Counted from the stretch's first letter, positions 34,834 to 43,045 are shown. The stretch is DNA of 64,000 nucleotides from a virus (IMGVR_UViG_3300016654_000214:2018-66017); one strand, 5' to 3'. The notes: generated by a model from the sequence alone, not told the origin. Made by a program: numbers and translations.

Positions 34834-36611
34834 CAGATGCGACCCTGCTTGTATGCTTCGAGGAATGCTTGGACATCACCACCTTCCCGCTGAAGGCGGC
34901 GCACCTTTTCAGACAATTCTACCGACTCTAAACGTTCAGGAGTAGCTTCTTGAACAATTGGAGTGCGGCTAAAGCGAACACGGGTGGGGCGCTCCAGAGC
35001 AGCTTCGGTATAGACAAAACCTTCTGGTGTTTCTGCCTCAGGTAAATCAATGTTTGGGTTAAAACGACGCGGAGTTGTAATACCACGCTCTTCACCTTCG
35101 TTGATAATTACTTTGCTGGCTTCAACAGAACCAGGGCCAAACTCAATATCACCTAAGCGGCCACCAGGAACCTGACCATAAATGCCAATGTCAGGGCGAC
35201 CAGTTGTTCCACGGTAAGCAGTTTTAGATGCCGGGGAAATCATCATGCCGCGTGGCGCAGTTTTAGGTTCTTCACGCAAACGACCCGTTGACATCTCCGA
35301 GATCTGAAGACCAGGCTGCGACATGATGTCCTCAGCTGAGTACTGAGGGAGAATCCGCTCCATGGCTTCGCGCTGACCTGGAGTAATCTGCACATTCCGC
35401 AGAGCACGCGACGGACCCATGCCGCGACGCATGGAACTTTCAATCTGAGCTTGACGGCTCAGTTGATATTCCTGCACCCTGGCCATATCAGCTTCGGCTT
35501 GGTCAAACGGAACACCATCGGGCGTTAAAGAAGCTGCAACGTCAATATTGTTGGTTTGATCTTCAACACGATCAATACGGCCAATGTCAATATCTTCATT
35601 TCGTTGCAGTTGTTGCCGTACGCGACCGGTAGCTTGATCTTCGCCGGACTCTAAAGCGTTGATGGCCTGATCAACATTGAACACACGGTTTGCTTGTTGT
35701 TTTTCAACCAGGGATTCACCACGCAACTCATCCATGATGCGCAGCGCTTTACCCTGCAGCTCCGCTTGGTATTGGCGAACGGAAGAACGGACGCGTTGAT
35801 CAGTGCGTGCCTGACGCTCAACCAGTTGATTGTACTCAGTTAACAGACGATCAACTGCATCAGCACCAGGTTCAGCTGCAGTTTTAACGTATTGGAAAAG
35901 ATTAGTTTGCGCAGGAGCTGCAGATAACGGACGCGACTCAGCCCGTGCCACCAATTCGCCTGTTTCTTCTGCAGATTCAGCAACTGGCGTACGCAACGCC
36001 ATTAAAGTTCCTTTGATGCCAGGAAGTTCAGGTTGGAATGCGTCACGGCGTGCCTCAGCTGCACGCAATAAACTTTCAGTTGCTGCTTGACGGCGTGCAT
36101 CTGCTACTTGTCGGGACACACGCTCACGAGGATCCGGGCGGTAGGCAGTAAATTCTTCTTCTGCCTCCGGCAAATAACCAAATACCGTACCCCCAGTTAA
36201 CTGACGCCTACCAAGAGGAGGAGCAGCTGCAGGTTGTGAGGGGGCGGGAGGCCGGGGAATGGGCGGCCGCGCGGTTTCAGCCCCGACCGTTGCAGTGACA
36301 CCACGAAGCTGTGGGACCGGTTGCGCTGCACGGCGTACCACTTCCTCTTGCACCGCCACGTTGACGGGCGTTACTGGACGGCGACCACGTAATGCACGGA
36401 ATCCAGCGATGCCTGCCGCCAAGGTTCCAGCACCAAGGGCAATTTTGCCCAGCGTATCGACGATATTGCCTTCTTCTTGGGGTTGCTTGAGTTGATTACG
36501 GCGCCACTCCATGACTTGGGGCGCAATCCGTGCCCTTGCTTCCGGATCTTCAGGCACTGGAGCACCAGTGGCTTGACTGAAGGCGTAAAAATCGGCTTGA
36601 GAGATCGCCAT
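34833..36611 (-). CDS. Large putative internal virion protein
   Basis: 592 aa; first gene of the structural strand; one hydrophobic segment followed by Arg/Glu/Gln/Pro-rich regions. Confidence 0.6.
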   Translation of the reverse strand: MAISQADFYAFSQATGAPVPEDPEARARIAPQVMEWRRNQLKQPQEEGNIVDTLGKIALGAGTLAAGIAGFRALRGRRPVTPVNVAVQEEVVRRAAQPVPQLRGVTATVGAETARPPIPRPPAPSQPAAAPPLGRRQLTGGTVFGYLPEAEEEFTAYRPDPRERVSRQVADARRQAATESLLRAAEARRDAFQPELPGIKGTLMALRTPVAESAEETGELVARAESRPLSAAPAQTNLFQYVKTAAEPGADAVDRLLTEYNQLVERQARTDQRVRSSVRQYQAELQGKALRIMDELRGESLVEKQQANRVFNVDQAINALESGEDQATGRVRQQLQRNEDIDIGRIDRVEDQTNNIDVAASLTPDGVPFDQAEADMARVQEYQLSRQAQIESSMRRGMGPSRALRNVQITPGQREAMERILPQYSAEDIMSQPGLQISEMSTGRLREEPKTAPRGMMISPASKTAYRGTTGRPDIGIYGQVPGGRLGDIEFGPGSVEASKVIINEGEERGITTPRRFNPNIDLPEAETPEGFVYTEAALERPTRVRFSRTPIVQEATPERLESVELSEKVRRLQREGGDVQAFLEAYKQGRI

Positions 36612-36711
36612 TTACGTTTATTGCCCGTATTTTTTACCTTTACACATTCTATTGCTTGTAACTCAAGGAATACTGGCTGTATATTTGGTAATGATCAGGT
36701 TTTAGCTCCAT

Positions 36712-36936
36712 ATGGATGCTGGCACACGCCAAAAACGGGTCGAAGCGTTAGAGGCGATCAAAAATAAGGCTATGGATATGGCTGCCAAAGGTACCGATTC
36801 AGGTACCGTACGCAGTTTTATTGCAGATGCAAAGATAAATCTGGCATATGAGCTTCCCGATGTGGACTCATTTACAAAAGCAGCGCGTGCAACACTGGCA
36901 TATCGACGCAAAAAAGAAGGTTCGACCCAGGAATAA
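36712..36936 (+). CDS. Hypothetical protein
   Basis: 74 aa, divergent from the structural arm, followed by a terminator. Confidence 0.6.
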   Translation: MDAGTRQKRVEALEAIKNKAMDMAAKGTDSGTVRSFIADAKINLAYELPDVDSFTKAARATLAYRRKKEGSTQE

Positions 36937-36960
36937 ACCTCAAACCTGATCAACTTAAAG

Positions 36961-36987
36961 GCCGGGGCTAAATACCCCGGCTTTTTT
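36961..36987 (+). terminator. Rho-independent terminator
   Basis: GCCGGGG-CTAAATA-CCCCGGC-TTTTTT. Confidence 0.85.
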
Positions 36988-37391
36988 GTCCAATTTTTTG
37001 GGCTAATTAGGGAAAATAATTACAAAAATGCATTTTATGTACCCATTTTTTGTTCAAGGGGGGCCTCCTATAGAGTCCCAATAGGGTGCAAAATTACCTG
37101 ACTCTTCTCCCACCCGCTACGCGACGGAGATTATGGGTAGAAAAAAAAGAAGTGGGGGGAGTATACATTTTGACTACCGTGAAATGTTAACGAACGCACA
37201 CATTTTGCCCCTAAATTCACCGTGATACGAATTCTTATCGCGCCTGAAATTAGGTTTCGCTCCCCCGCGACGGAGCTGTGGTATAGAACTGTGATCTGAT
37301 TGTGATCTAAACCATGAGTCTATCTTCGTTTAGAAGATGGAATGAATTGGTTGAGTTCAACTCACTTGTCTACATTCACAAGGACTTCATT
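36988..37391. other. Non-coding control region before the early arm (possible origin, terminus or promoter region)
   Basis: ~400 bp without a convincing ORF; homopolymer runs, CGCGACGGAG twice, TGTGATCT twice at 11-bp period, 16-bp palindrome. Confidence 0.5.
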
Positions 37392-37547
37392 ATGTCAATC
37401 CGAAAGAACCTTGCGAAACAATTCAGCAACGCCGCCAAGGCGTTGGAGAATGATAAGAGCAAGGAGAACATCAAGGCATTGATTGCCGTTGGTCGCATCA
37501 AGCTGGCCAACGCAATCATGCCTAACATTCCACCTACTATTCGTTGA
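37392..37547 (+). CDS. Small basic early protein
   Basis: ATG 37392, 51 aa. Confidence 0.5.
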   Translation: MSIRKNLAKQFSNAAKALENDKSKENIKALIAVGRIKLANAIMPNIPPTIR

Positions 37548-37548
37548 C

Positions 37549-37749
37549 ATGTTGATCTATCAACCAGAGGAAGACACACGTACTCGTGTGGCATGGTACG
37601 GAGGTGAATCAACTCAGATTCATTACCAGCACAAAGCCATCACCAACAGGTGGATCGATATCGAGACACGTACTCTTGGTGGTGGCATACCCAGTGGTTG
37701 TAAGGAACTGCTTCATGAAATGCAGGACTTTTACAACTACTGTTCCTGA
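37549..37749 (+). CDS. Small early protein
   Basis: ATG 37549 right after the previous stop; 66 aa. Confidence 0.55.
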   Translation: MLIYQPEEDTRTRVAWYGGESTQIHYQHKAITNRWIDIETRTLGGGIPSGCKELLHEMQDFYNYCS

Positions 37750-37802
37750 TTCTTGCACTTTCCCATCCGCAAAGATGGGTTACTGCAGGATTCATTCCTG
37801 CT
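37747..37802 (+). ncRNA. Structured two-state hairpin element, copy A
   Basis: TGATTCTTGCA/TGCAGGATTCA outer stem, CCCATC/GATGGG inner stem, alternative GCAGGA/TCCTGC stem. Confidence 0.55.
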
Positions 37803-37826
37803 CACAGTTCAATTCAATTCAGTTCA

Positions 37827-38258
37827 ATGACTACTCCTGTTGCTGACACTGTTGGTCTCAAGCAGTATGCTGACTCATCTCAAGTTCAGTTCCAAGGACG
37901 GATTGCTTTTATTAAACAGTTCGTCAGTGAAGAAGACAACACCACATTCATTGGTGTCAAGATGATTCACAACCTGAACTCTATGGTCAGTGTCACACTC
38001 ACGTTTACGAATAACAACGGACTGAACACAGCTTTTGCCAATGGCAATCTTGTCGTTGGTCAAGAGCTTCGTGTCTACGGCCGTATCAATGGTATTCGTA
38101 CAACGTATATGGATGACCAGAATAATCTCCAGGTACTCAAACGGCCTGAGATCCAGTTGATCGTGAAGGATTACGAGTTCGGTCGTAAGCCTGCACCTAA
38201 GACTGAGGTTCAGGTCGGTGCTGTAGCTCAGCCTACGCTGGACGAGATTAACTTCTGA
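37827..38258 (+). CDS. OB-fold single-stranded DNA-binding-like protein
   Basis: beta-strand pattern with VGQELRVYGRING and an acidic-aromatic tail (LDEINF). Confidence 0.5.
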   Translation: MTTPVADTVGLKQYADSSQVQFQGRIAFIKQFVSEEDNTTFIGVKMIHNLNSMVSVTLTFTNNNGLNTAFANGNLVVGQELRVYGRINGIRTTYMDDQNNLQVLKRPEIQLIVKDYEFGRKPAPKTEVQVGAVAQPTLDEINF

Positions 38259-38333
38259 TTCCTGCACTTAACCCTTCCGTTTGATACGAATTCGTATCGG
38301 ACGGTGGGTTTTCTGCAGGATTCATATCCTGCT
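38256..38333 (+). ncRNA. Structured two-state hairpin element, copy B
   Basis: TGATTCCTGCA/TGCAGGATTCA outer stem, long inner hairpin, alternative GCAGGA/TCCTGC stem. Confidence 0.55.
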
Positions 38334-38352
38334 ATCCAACATCTCAACTCAC

Positions 38353-38556
38353 ATGAAACACATTTACAGATTCGGAGACAAAGGCTACGTTCAAATGGAT
38401 TCTTATCCTGAGAATCATGAGACTCGCCTTGGTGATTTATTTGCCAACTTCCTGATGGTCACCACTGTACTTGCTATTGCTGCAATTACTGCTGGTGCCA
38501 TGGTTGGCATTGACATCACCAATCCACAACCTAACAACATTCAACGAGCACGATGA
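38353..38556 (+). CDS. Small membrane protein
   Basis: ATG 38353 after a C/A-rich leader; TM FLMVTTVLAIAAITAGAMVGI. Confidence 0.6.
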   Translation: MKHIYRFGDKGYVQMDSYPENHETRLGDLFANFLMVTTVLAIAAITAGAMVGIDITNPQPNNIQRAR

Positions 38557-38897
38557 CGACAGGACTCAGGGAACATGAAGAGATGCTGCTGACACGCATT
38601 CATCGTCTCATCGATGCTCTCATTCAAAACTACCTGGACTACAAAGCTGGTTACGGTTTCAATGCTGCCAACGACATTGCATTTGACATTGTTCCAGGGA
38701 CGAAATACTACAAGCTGGTTCTTAGAGACACCGGTACGTCAGTCCACGCATTTGTGAACAAACAGTCTGGTGCTCTCTACAAACCGGCTAGTTGGAAGGC
38801 GCCAGCTAAACATGTCAGGTTCAACTTATTAGACGATGTTTCATTTGAGACTTGTCTTAAGAAAGCTGACTGGGCAGGCGGCTACCTCTACATGTAG
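38553..38897 (+). CDS. Conserved phage hypothetical protein
   Basis: GTKYYKLV...SVHAFVNKQSGALYKPASWKAPAKHVRFNLLD...ADWAGGYLY, a motif set common in cyanophages. Confidence 0.7.
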   Translation: MTTGLREHEEMLLTRIHRLIDALIQNYLDYKAGYGFNAANDIAFDIVPGTKYYKLVLRDTGTSVHAFVNKQSGALYKPASWKAPAKHVRFNLLDDVSFETCLKKADWAGGYLYM

Positions 38898-38994
38898 TGT
38901 TTCGTGTTTACTCTTCCACTACGGCTGGTACTTGCCACTGTGTATGTACCAGCTATCCTCTACTTGCATCCATCACTTCAACCAAATTCAGACC

Positions 38995-39438
38995 ATGGAA
39001 GCTCTCAGCCAACTCGATGTTCAGAACCCGGATCACGTCTCAGTGATTACGAGGGATGGCAAGGTGACGGTATCTGTCGTCAAAGACGGCACGTCCGTAA
39101 CCCTTGGATTCCCTATTAAGAACTCGGTGTTTGATACGACCCCCAGGCCCCCGCTTCAACAGCCAGCACCAAAGCTTATGGCTGTTAAGAGCCAGGAGTC
39201 TATTGCTGCTGGTTCGAAGCCTACGCTTGGAAAGGTGCGTCAATCACCCATGGGTAATCGCAAGCTTACTCCTGATGAAGTACGTGAAATTAAGCTGATG
39301 CTTTCCAATGCAAAGACAATGTCTTCATTTGGTTCAAAGCATAATGCTTACGTGATAATGGCCAAGTCTTACAACGTCAGTCACCACACAATTTCCAACA
39401 TTCACAAAGGCATTGCCTGGAAACAGGTCAAAGTTTGA
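38995..39438 (+). CDS. Protein with C-terminal NUMOD1-like HTH
   Basis: KLTPDEVREIK...MAKSYNVSHHTISNIHKGIAWKQV. Confidence 0.6.
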   Translation: MEALSQLDVQNPDHVSVITRDGKVTVSVVKDGTSVTLGFPIKNSVFDTTPRPPLQQPAPKLMAVKSQESIAAGSKPTLGKVRQSPMGNRKLTPDEVREIKLMLSNAKTMSSFGSKHNAYVIMAKSYNVSHHTISNIHKGIAWKQVKV

Positions 39439-39489
39439 CTTTGTGTTAGTACATACATACCACCACTCAAATCTGGGGTGGTATTACTC

Positions 39490-39517
39490 ACGTCCTGGGT
39501 ATGACGTTAAACTGCCT
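39490..39517 (+). ncRNA. Repeated H-type pseudoknot motif, copy 1
   Basis: ACGTC-CT-GGGTA-T-GACGT-TAAAC-TGCCT. Confidence 0.65.
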
Positions 39518-39540
39518 AATTTTTTTACTCAATTCAACTC

Positions 39541-39684
39541 ATGACTCAACAACTCGACGCAAACTACAACGCTGACTTGCTTGATGCCATGGCTGACATG
39601 GCATATGAACAAGAGCAAGCCATGCGTGAATCCGATCAATCTGAATGGGAGGGCGTTATTTATGACGACGAAGACGCCTCATAA
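39541..39684 (+). CDS. Very acidic 47-aa peptide
   Basis: Manual translation MTQQLDANYNADLLDAMADMAYEQEQAMRESDQSEWEGVIYDDEDAS; ACTCAATTCAACTC leader. Confidence 0.7.
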   Translation: MTQQLDANYNADLLDAMADMAYEQEQAMRESDQSEWEGVIYDDEDAS

Positions 39685-40081
39685 AGAGAACGACATCATC
39701 ATTGTCGTTATCGCAATTATTTCAATCATCATTACGGAGTTCATCTCATGCTTCATCCAGAAACCCAAGCCATCGCAGAAACCTTTGGCTACATCCCCTT
39801 CTCCGAAGAAGAGGGCTCAGAGCAGTTCCAGGCAGACATCACCTACGTCTCTGGTGAAACCAAACGTGAACCCAGGACAGGAGATGTCAAAGCCGACAAG
39901 AACAACACGCTCTGGGCCTACTGGAAGCCAAGGTACGCAGAAGAAGACCTCGAAGGTTGGTACGAAATCCCAAGCAACGAGGACATCGAAGAATGGTCGT
40001 TCGACAGCGTCTGCTTCACCCCAGGTGATGACGAAGTTGAACCAGACCATCCCGACAGCTGGCTCAGTATCCTCGGTTTGA
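39662..40081 (+). CDS. Possible N-terminally anchored membrane protein overlapping the next gene
   Basis: ATG 39662; IIIVVIAIISIIITEFI TM; the rest lies in an alternative frame of 39748..40086. Confidence 0.35.
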   Translation: MTTKTPHKENDIIIVVIAIISIIITEFISCFIQKPKPSQKPLATSPSPKKRAQSSSRQTSPTSLVKPNVNPGQEMSKPTRTTRSGPTGSQGTQKKTSKVGTKSQATRTSKNGRSTASASPQVMTKLNQTIPTAGSVSSV

Positions 40082-40086
40082 TTTAA
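39748..40086 (+). CDS. Acidic Trp-rich hypothetical protein
   Basis: 112 aa; C-terminal CFTPGDDEVEPDHPDSWLSILGLI. Confidence 0.7.
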   Translation: MLHPETQAIAETFGYIPFSEEEGSEQFQADITYVSGETKREPRTGDVKADKNNTLWAYWKPRYAEEDLEGWYEIPSNEDIEEWSFDSVCFTPGDDEVEPDHPDSWLSILGLI

Positions 40087-40337
40087 TGTCTACGCATCAG
40101 AAAGTAGAACAACCAGCGCTGACACTTCAACAACGCAACTTGTATCTGTATTATTTGGCACATCGCAAAAACCATGGTAAACAACCATGTTTCGTGCCAA
40201 AGCTTACAGCTCGAGTTTCTCGGTTGCCTGATTACCTCAGAGCATTAGAGAAGTTAGAGAAATACAAGTTAATTTCTGTTGATCGCAGCGCTGATAATTA
40301 CACGGCATGGATCATCAAAGATCCTGCCAACACATAA
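40086..40337 (+). CDS. LexA-like winged-HTH DNA-binding protein
   Basis: LTLQQRNLYLYY...HG...YLRALEKLEKYKLISVDR resembles the LexA N-terminal domain. Confidence 0.45.
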   Translation: MSTHQKVEQPALTLQQRNLYLYYLAHRKNHGKQPCFVPKLTARVSRLPDYLRALEKLEKYKLISVDRSADNYTAWIIKDPANT

Positions 40338-40469
40338 GTTTTACTTATATCTGGTATGGGATATTCCTTGATAAATACAAGGCTATCCCCCAGACCCCCG
40401 TAGGGGAGTACCAGAGAGTAATCCTTTTATTAGTAGAAGTATTCCCTTTATCAACCCAATTCATCAACC

Positions 40470-40769
40470 ATGACAACACCAACTACCTATCCAACTATTG
40501 ATTGGAAGAAGAATGAGTATGTCCATGTTCAAGAAGCATTGACCATCCTCAAAGATGTCATTGCTCGTGAAGATAAACGACATGAGATGGATCAACATCT
40601 CACACCTTCAATGTACTCATTGATTGCTTATGAAATCATCCCAATGATTCAAAATGAATTGGATTATGAGGATTGTGATCCAACACCAAACGAACCTGGT
40701 GAACCACCTATTACTGCAGTTGAAATGCACACTGCTGCATGGAAGCAACACCAGCAAATGCACTCGTAA
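40470..40769 (+). CDS. Hypothetical protein
   Basis: 99 aa with a C/A-rich leader. Confidence 0.65.
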   Translation: MTTPTTYPTIDWKKNEYVHVQEALTILKDVIAREDKRHEMDQHLTPSMYSLIAYEIIPMIQNELDYEDCDPTPNEPGEPPITAVEMHTAAWKQHQQMHS

Positions 40770-40781
40770 ATCTTAAGAGAA

Positions 40782-40851
40782 GATGAAGAAGCAGGGGGCT
40801 GGGTCGCATTAGACCCTAAGTCAGGTGCGGCCTGACGCCCCTTGCTTCATC
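40782..40851 (+). ncRNA. Three-way-junction structured RNA candidate
   Basis: Long P1 (GATGAAG..CAGGGGGC / GCCCCTTGCTTCATC), P2 GGGTC/GACCC, P3 GTCAGG/CCTGAC; intergenic. Confidence 0.55.
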
Positions 40852-41017
40852 GTTGATATTCCGATGGTTGCCTGAAAACCAACGGAATCCCCTTTTAAAC
40901 AATCTGCTGGCCAGCAGGTCCCTGCAGGAGACGTGCTCATTGTAACCACATTGCAATGTCCTTGGCCAGCCTTTGACAACCTTGGTAGACTTAACGCATT
41001 CAACTCAGCTCAGTCTT

Positions 41018-41314
41018 ATGGATGATCGATTATTGATGATCGATGAGGTCATCGACAAATTTAATTTTGAACGTGTGCACATTGCCATGACAGCATTGGA
41101 TTGGCAATGGCAAACAACAGCAGGTAATGGGCACGCAGTGCCTACACTACCCAGACTCAAAGCTATGGCCAGGCACTTGCTCATGGAAGCCATGAAAAAC
41201 AAGGTGGTTGGTACTGGTGGATTCGAAGCTCGTTACCATCCAAAGGTGGATGATGAATCAGAGTATTTCGAATTGAAATTCATTTTATGTGAATCTGATT
41301 CTTACGATGATTGA
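41018..41314 (+). CDS. Hypothetical protein
   Basis: ATG 41018; IDKFNFERVHIAMTALDWQW pattern. Confidence 0.65.
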   Translation: MDDRLLMIDEVIDKFNFERVHIAMTALDWQWQTTAGNGHAVPTLPRLKAMARHLLMEAMKNKVVGTGGFEARYHPKVDDESEYFELKFILCESDSYDD

Positions 41315-41531
41315 TTCAATACAAACAGAAAGATACAATCAAATTTTTAATGTTGTATCTCGTTGTATTGCTCATCCACATTCAACACTTGTGCCTCATG
41401 ACAAACAACGTGCACTTGCTTTGATTTCATTCCTTTCCAAAGAGGATGAAATGGTTGATTATTTTTACTCTCAAATGAGTGAAGATGATGCCAAAGCAGT
41501 AAAACACATTCGTAAATCAATTCATGACTAA
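41307..41531 (+). CDS. Hypothetical protein
   Basis: ATG 41307 overlapping the upstream stop. Confidence 0.55.
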   Translation: MIDSIQTERYNQIFNVVSRCIAHPHSTLVPHDKQRALALISFLSKEDEMVDYFYSQMSEDDAKAVKHIRKSIHD

Positions 41532-41727
41532 AAAGTCAGCCTTTAACTTTGATCGCACCATACACGGTGTCAACATCACCGAGCATGGCATCAAATCATT
41601 CACCAAATCAATTCAGCTTGGGCCGTTTCAGCTAACGCTGAACGCCCGTAAGTCTGGTGTCTTGGGATCTATATCAATCCCTGGCACCGGCTTGTCCAAG
41701 CGCAACATCAAACTCTTTGATTTCTAA
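41524..41727 (+). CDS. DUF4236-like small protein
   Basis: KSIQLGPFQLTLN..KSGV..SISIPGTGLS. Confidence 0.55.
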   Translation: MTKKSAFNFDRTIHGVNITEHGIKSFTKSIQLGPFQLTLNARKSGVLGSISIPGTGLSKRNIKLFDF

Positions 41728-41734
41728 TCAACTC

Positions 41735-41920
41735 ATGTCAGCTCAATCCGACTGTCTTGATCTGTTTGATCGGATCAATCTTGCTAACTGTGCAATGGAA
41801 CGTGCCCGTATTAACGTTCTTGACCAAGATCGTTTTTACGGTGAGTACAAAACCGCAAGGTTTTGGACTAAGTACCGTTGCATGATTACCAAAGAATACT
41901 CCTACGTGGATTACACCTGA
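41735..41920 (+). CDS. Hypothetical protein
   Basis: ATG after an AATCAACTC leader. Confidence 0.6.
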   Translation: MSAQSDCLDLFDRINLANCAMERARINVLDQDRFYGEYKTARFWTKYRCMITKEYSYVDYT

Positions 41921-42177
41921 TGTCTGTACTTGCAATCGAAGACACCACTATCGACGGAATCAATGTCACTGTTACAGCAGTTGTTGACGAAATGCGGTTG
42001 CTTTACAAAGCAACTCATCTCGACCCTGAAGAATGGGCTCCTGCATTATGCACAGCTTCTTTCGAGCTGGATGAAGGAGAACAAGTTCCTACTGACGAAG
42101 ATAGCTTCTGTAGCTATCTTGATTCACTCGATCTTAACTGGCAACTCCTCGACACCTCCGATTGGAATTTAGACTAA
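41920..42177 (+). CDS. Acidic hypothetical protein
   Basis: TGATG coupling; 85 aa. Confidence 0.65.
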   Translation: MSVLAIEDTTIDGINVTVTAVVDEMRLLYKATHLDPEEWAPALCTASFELDEGEQVPTDEDSFCSYLDSLDLNWQLLDTSDWNLD

Positions 42178-42434
42178 TGATTGGTTTCTCCATCGAATTC
42201 AAACGTTGGTACATCACCTTGCGTGGTCCCAAAGGCAGAGTTTATCTGTGCACTGGGTTTGCCAAACGTTTACCTGTGTTTATCTCACCTGCTCAAGCTT
42301 ATGCATTTGAGCAAGCTATTGACGATAGTCATTCTGCAATCCTTGCAGAAGAATGGATTGACAATGTAGAAGATGACGAAACAGATGACGAAACTGATGA
42401 AGAACTTCTTAATCAGTTGAAATCTATTCGTTAA
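42177..42434 (+). CDS. Hypothetical protein with acidic C-terminus
   Basis: TAATG coupling. Confidence 0.6.
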   Translation: MIGFSIEFKRWYITLRGPKGRVYLCTGFAKRLPVFISPAQAYAFEQAIDDSHSAILAEEWIDNVEDDETDDETDEELLNQLKSIR

Positions 42435-42439
42435 CACCA

Positions 42440-42467
42440 CGTCCTGAGCATGACTTTAAACTGCTCA
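42440..42467 (+). ncRNA. Repeated H-type pseudoknot motif, copy 2
   Basis: CGTC-CT-GAGCA-T-GACT-TTAAAC-TGCTCA; S2 is compensated (GAGCA/TGCTC). Confidence 0.65.
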
Positions 42468-42500
42468 TCACTACAAATTCACTTTGAACTCAACTCATGC

Positions 42501-43043
42501 ATGAAACCTAACTTACTCCCACCAGTTAAATATCTTCAACAAATGTTTTACTTGGATACAAATTCTCCAAGTGGATTGCGTTGGCGTAAAGCACCCAGTG
42601 CTTGGACCAAAGCAAACTCAATTGCTGGTATCCAACGAACTAAAGATCATTACTGGCGCGTACGTTGGAAGTACCAAGGTAAAGCTGTAGATTATATGGC
42701 TCATCGAATTGTGTATGCATTACAACATGGCTGCGATCCTGCTGACATGTTTGTTGATCACATACACAATGACAAAGACAACAACAAACCTTTGCGTTTA
42801 GCTACTAAACTGCAAAACTCTCAAAATCGAAACGGTCGCAAAAACACAACAAGCATTTATAAAGGTGTTTGTTTGATTAAAGCAACCGGGCGATGGCGTG
42901 CCACTATTCGTGTTGATAAACAATTCAAACACATCGGTGTTTACGCAACACAAGAAGAAGCAGCTTTGGCTTACAACGAAGTTGCTTTGTTATATTTTGG
43001 TGAGTTTGCTCGCCTTAATCAAATCAATTCATCTCAAAACTAA
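42501..43043 (+). CDS. HNH homing endonuclease with AP2 domain
   Basis: YMAHRIVYAL...VDHI...LRLAT...QN plus AP2 YKGV...GRWRATIR...HIGVYATQEEAALAYNEVALLYFGEFARLN. Confidence 0.88.
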   Translation: MKPNLLPPVKYLQQMFYLDTNSPSGLRWRKAPSAWTKANSIAGIQRTKDHYWRVRWKYQGKAVDYMAHRIVYALQHGCDPADMFVDHIHNDKDNNKPLRLATKLQNSQNRNGRKNTTSIYKGVCLIKATGRWRATIRVDKQFKHIGVYATQEEAALAYNEVALLYFGEFARLNQINSSQN

Positions 43044-43045
43044 CC

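Noticed and set aside
40973-40991. TTGACA...TAGACT read as a standard -35/-10 promoter
   Set aside because: The spacer is only 7 nt; reinterpreted as an inner box of a longer promoter (see findings).
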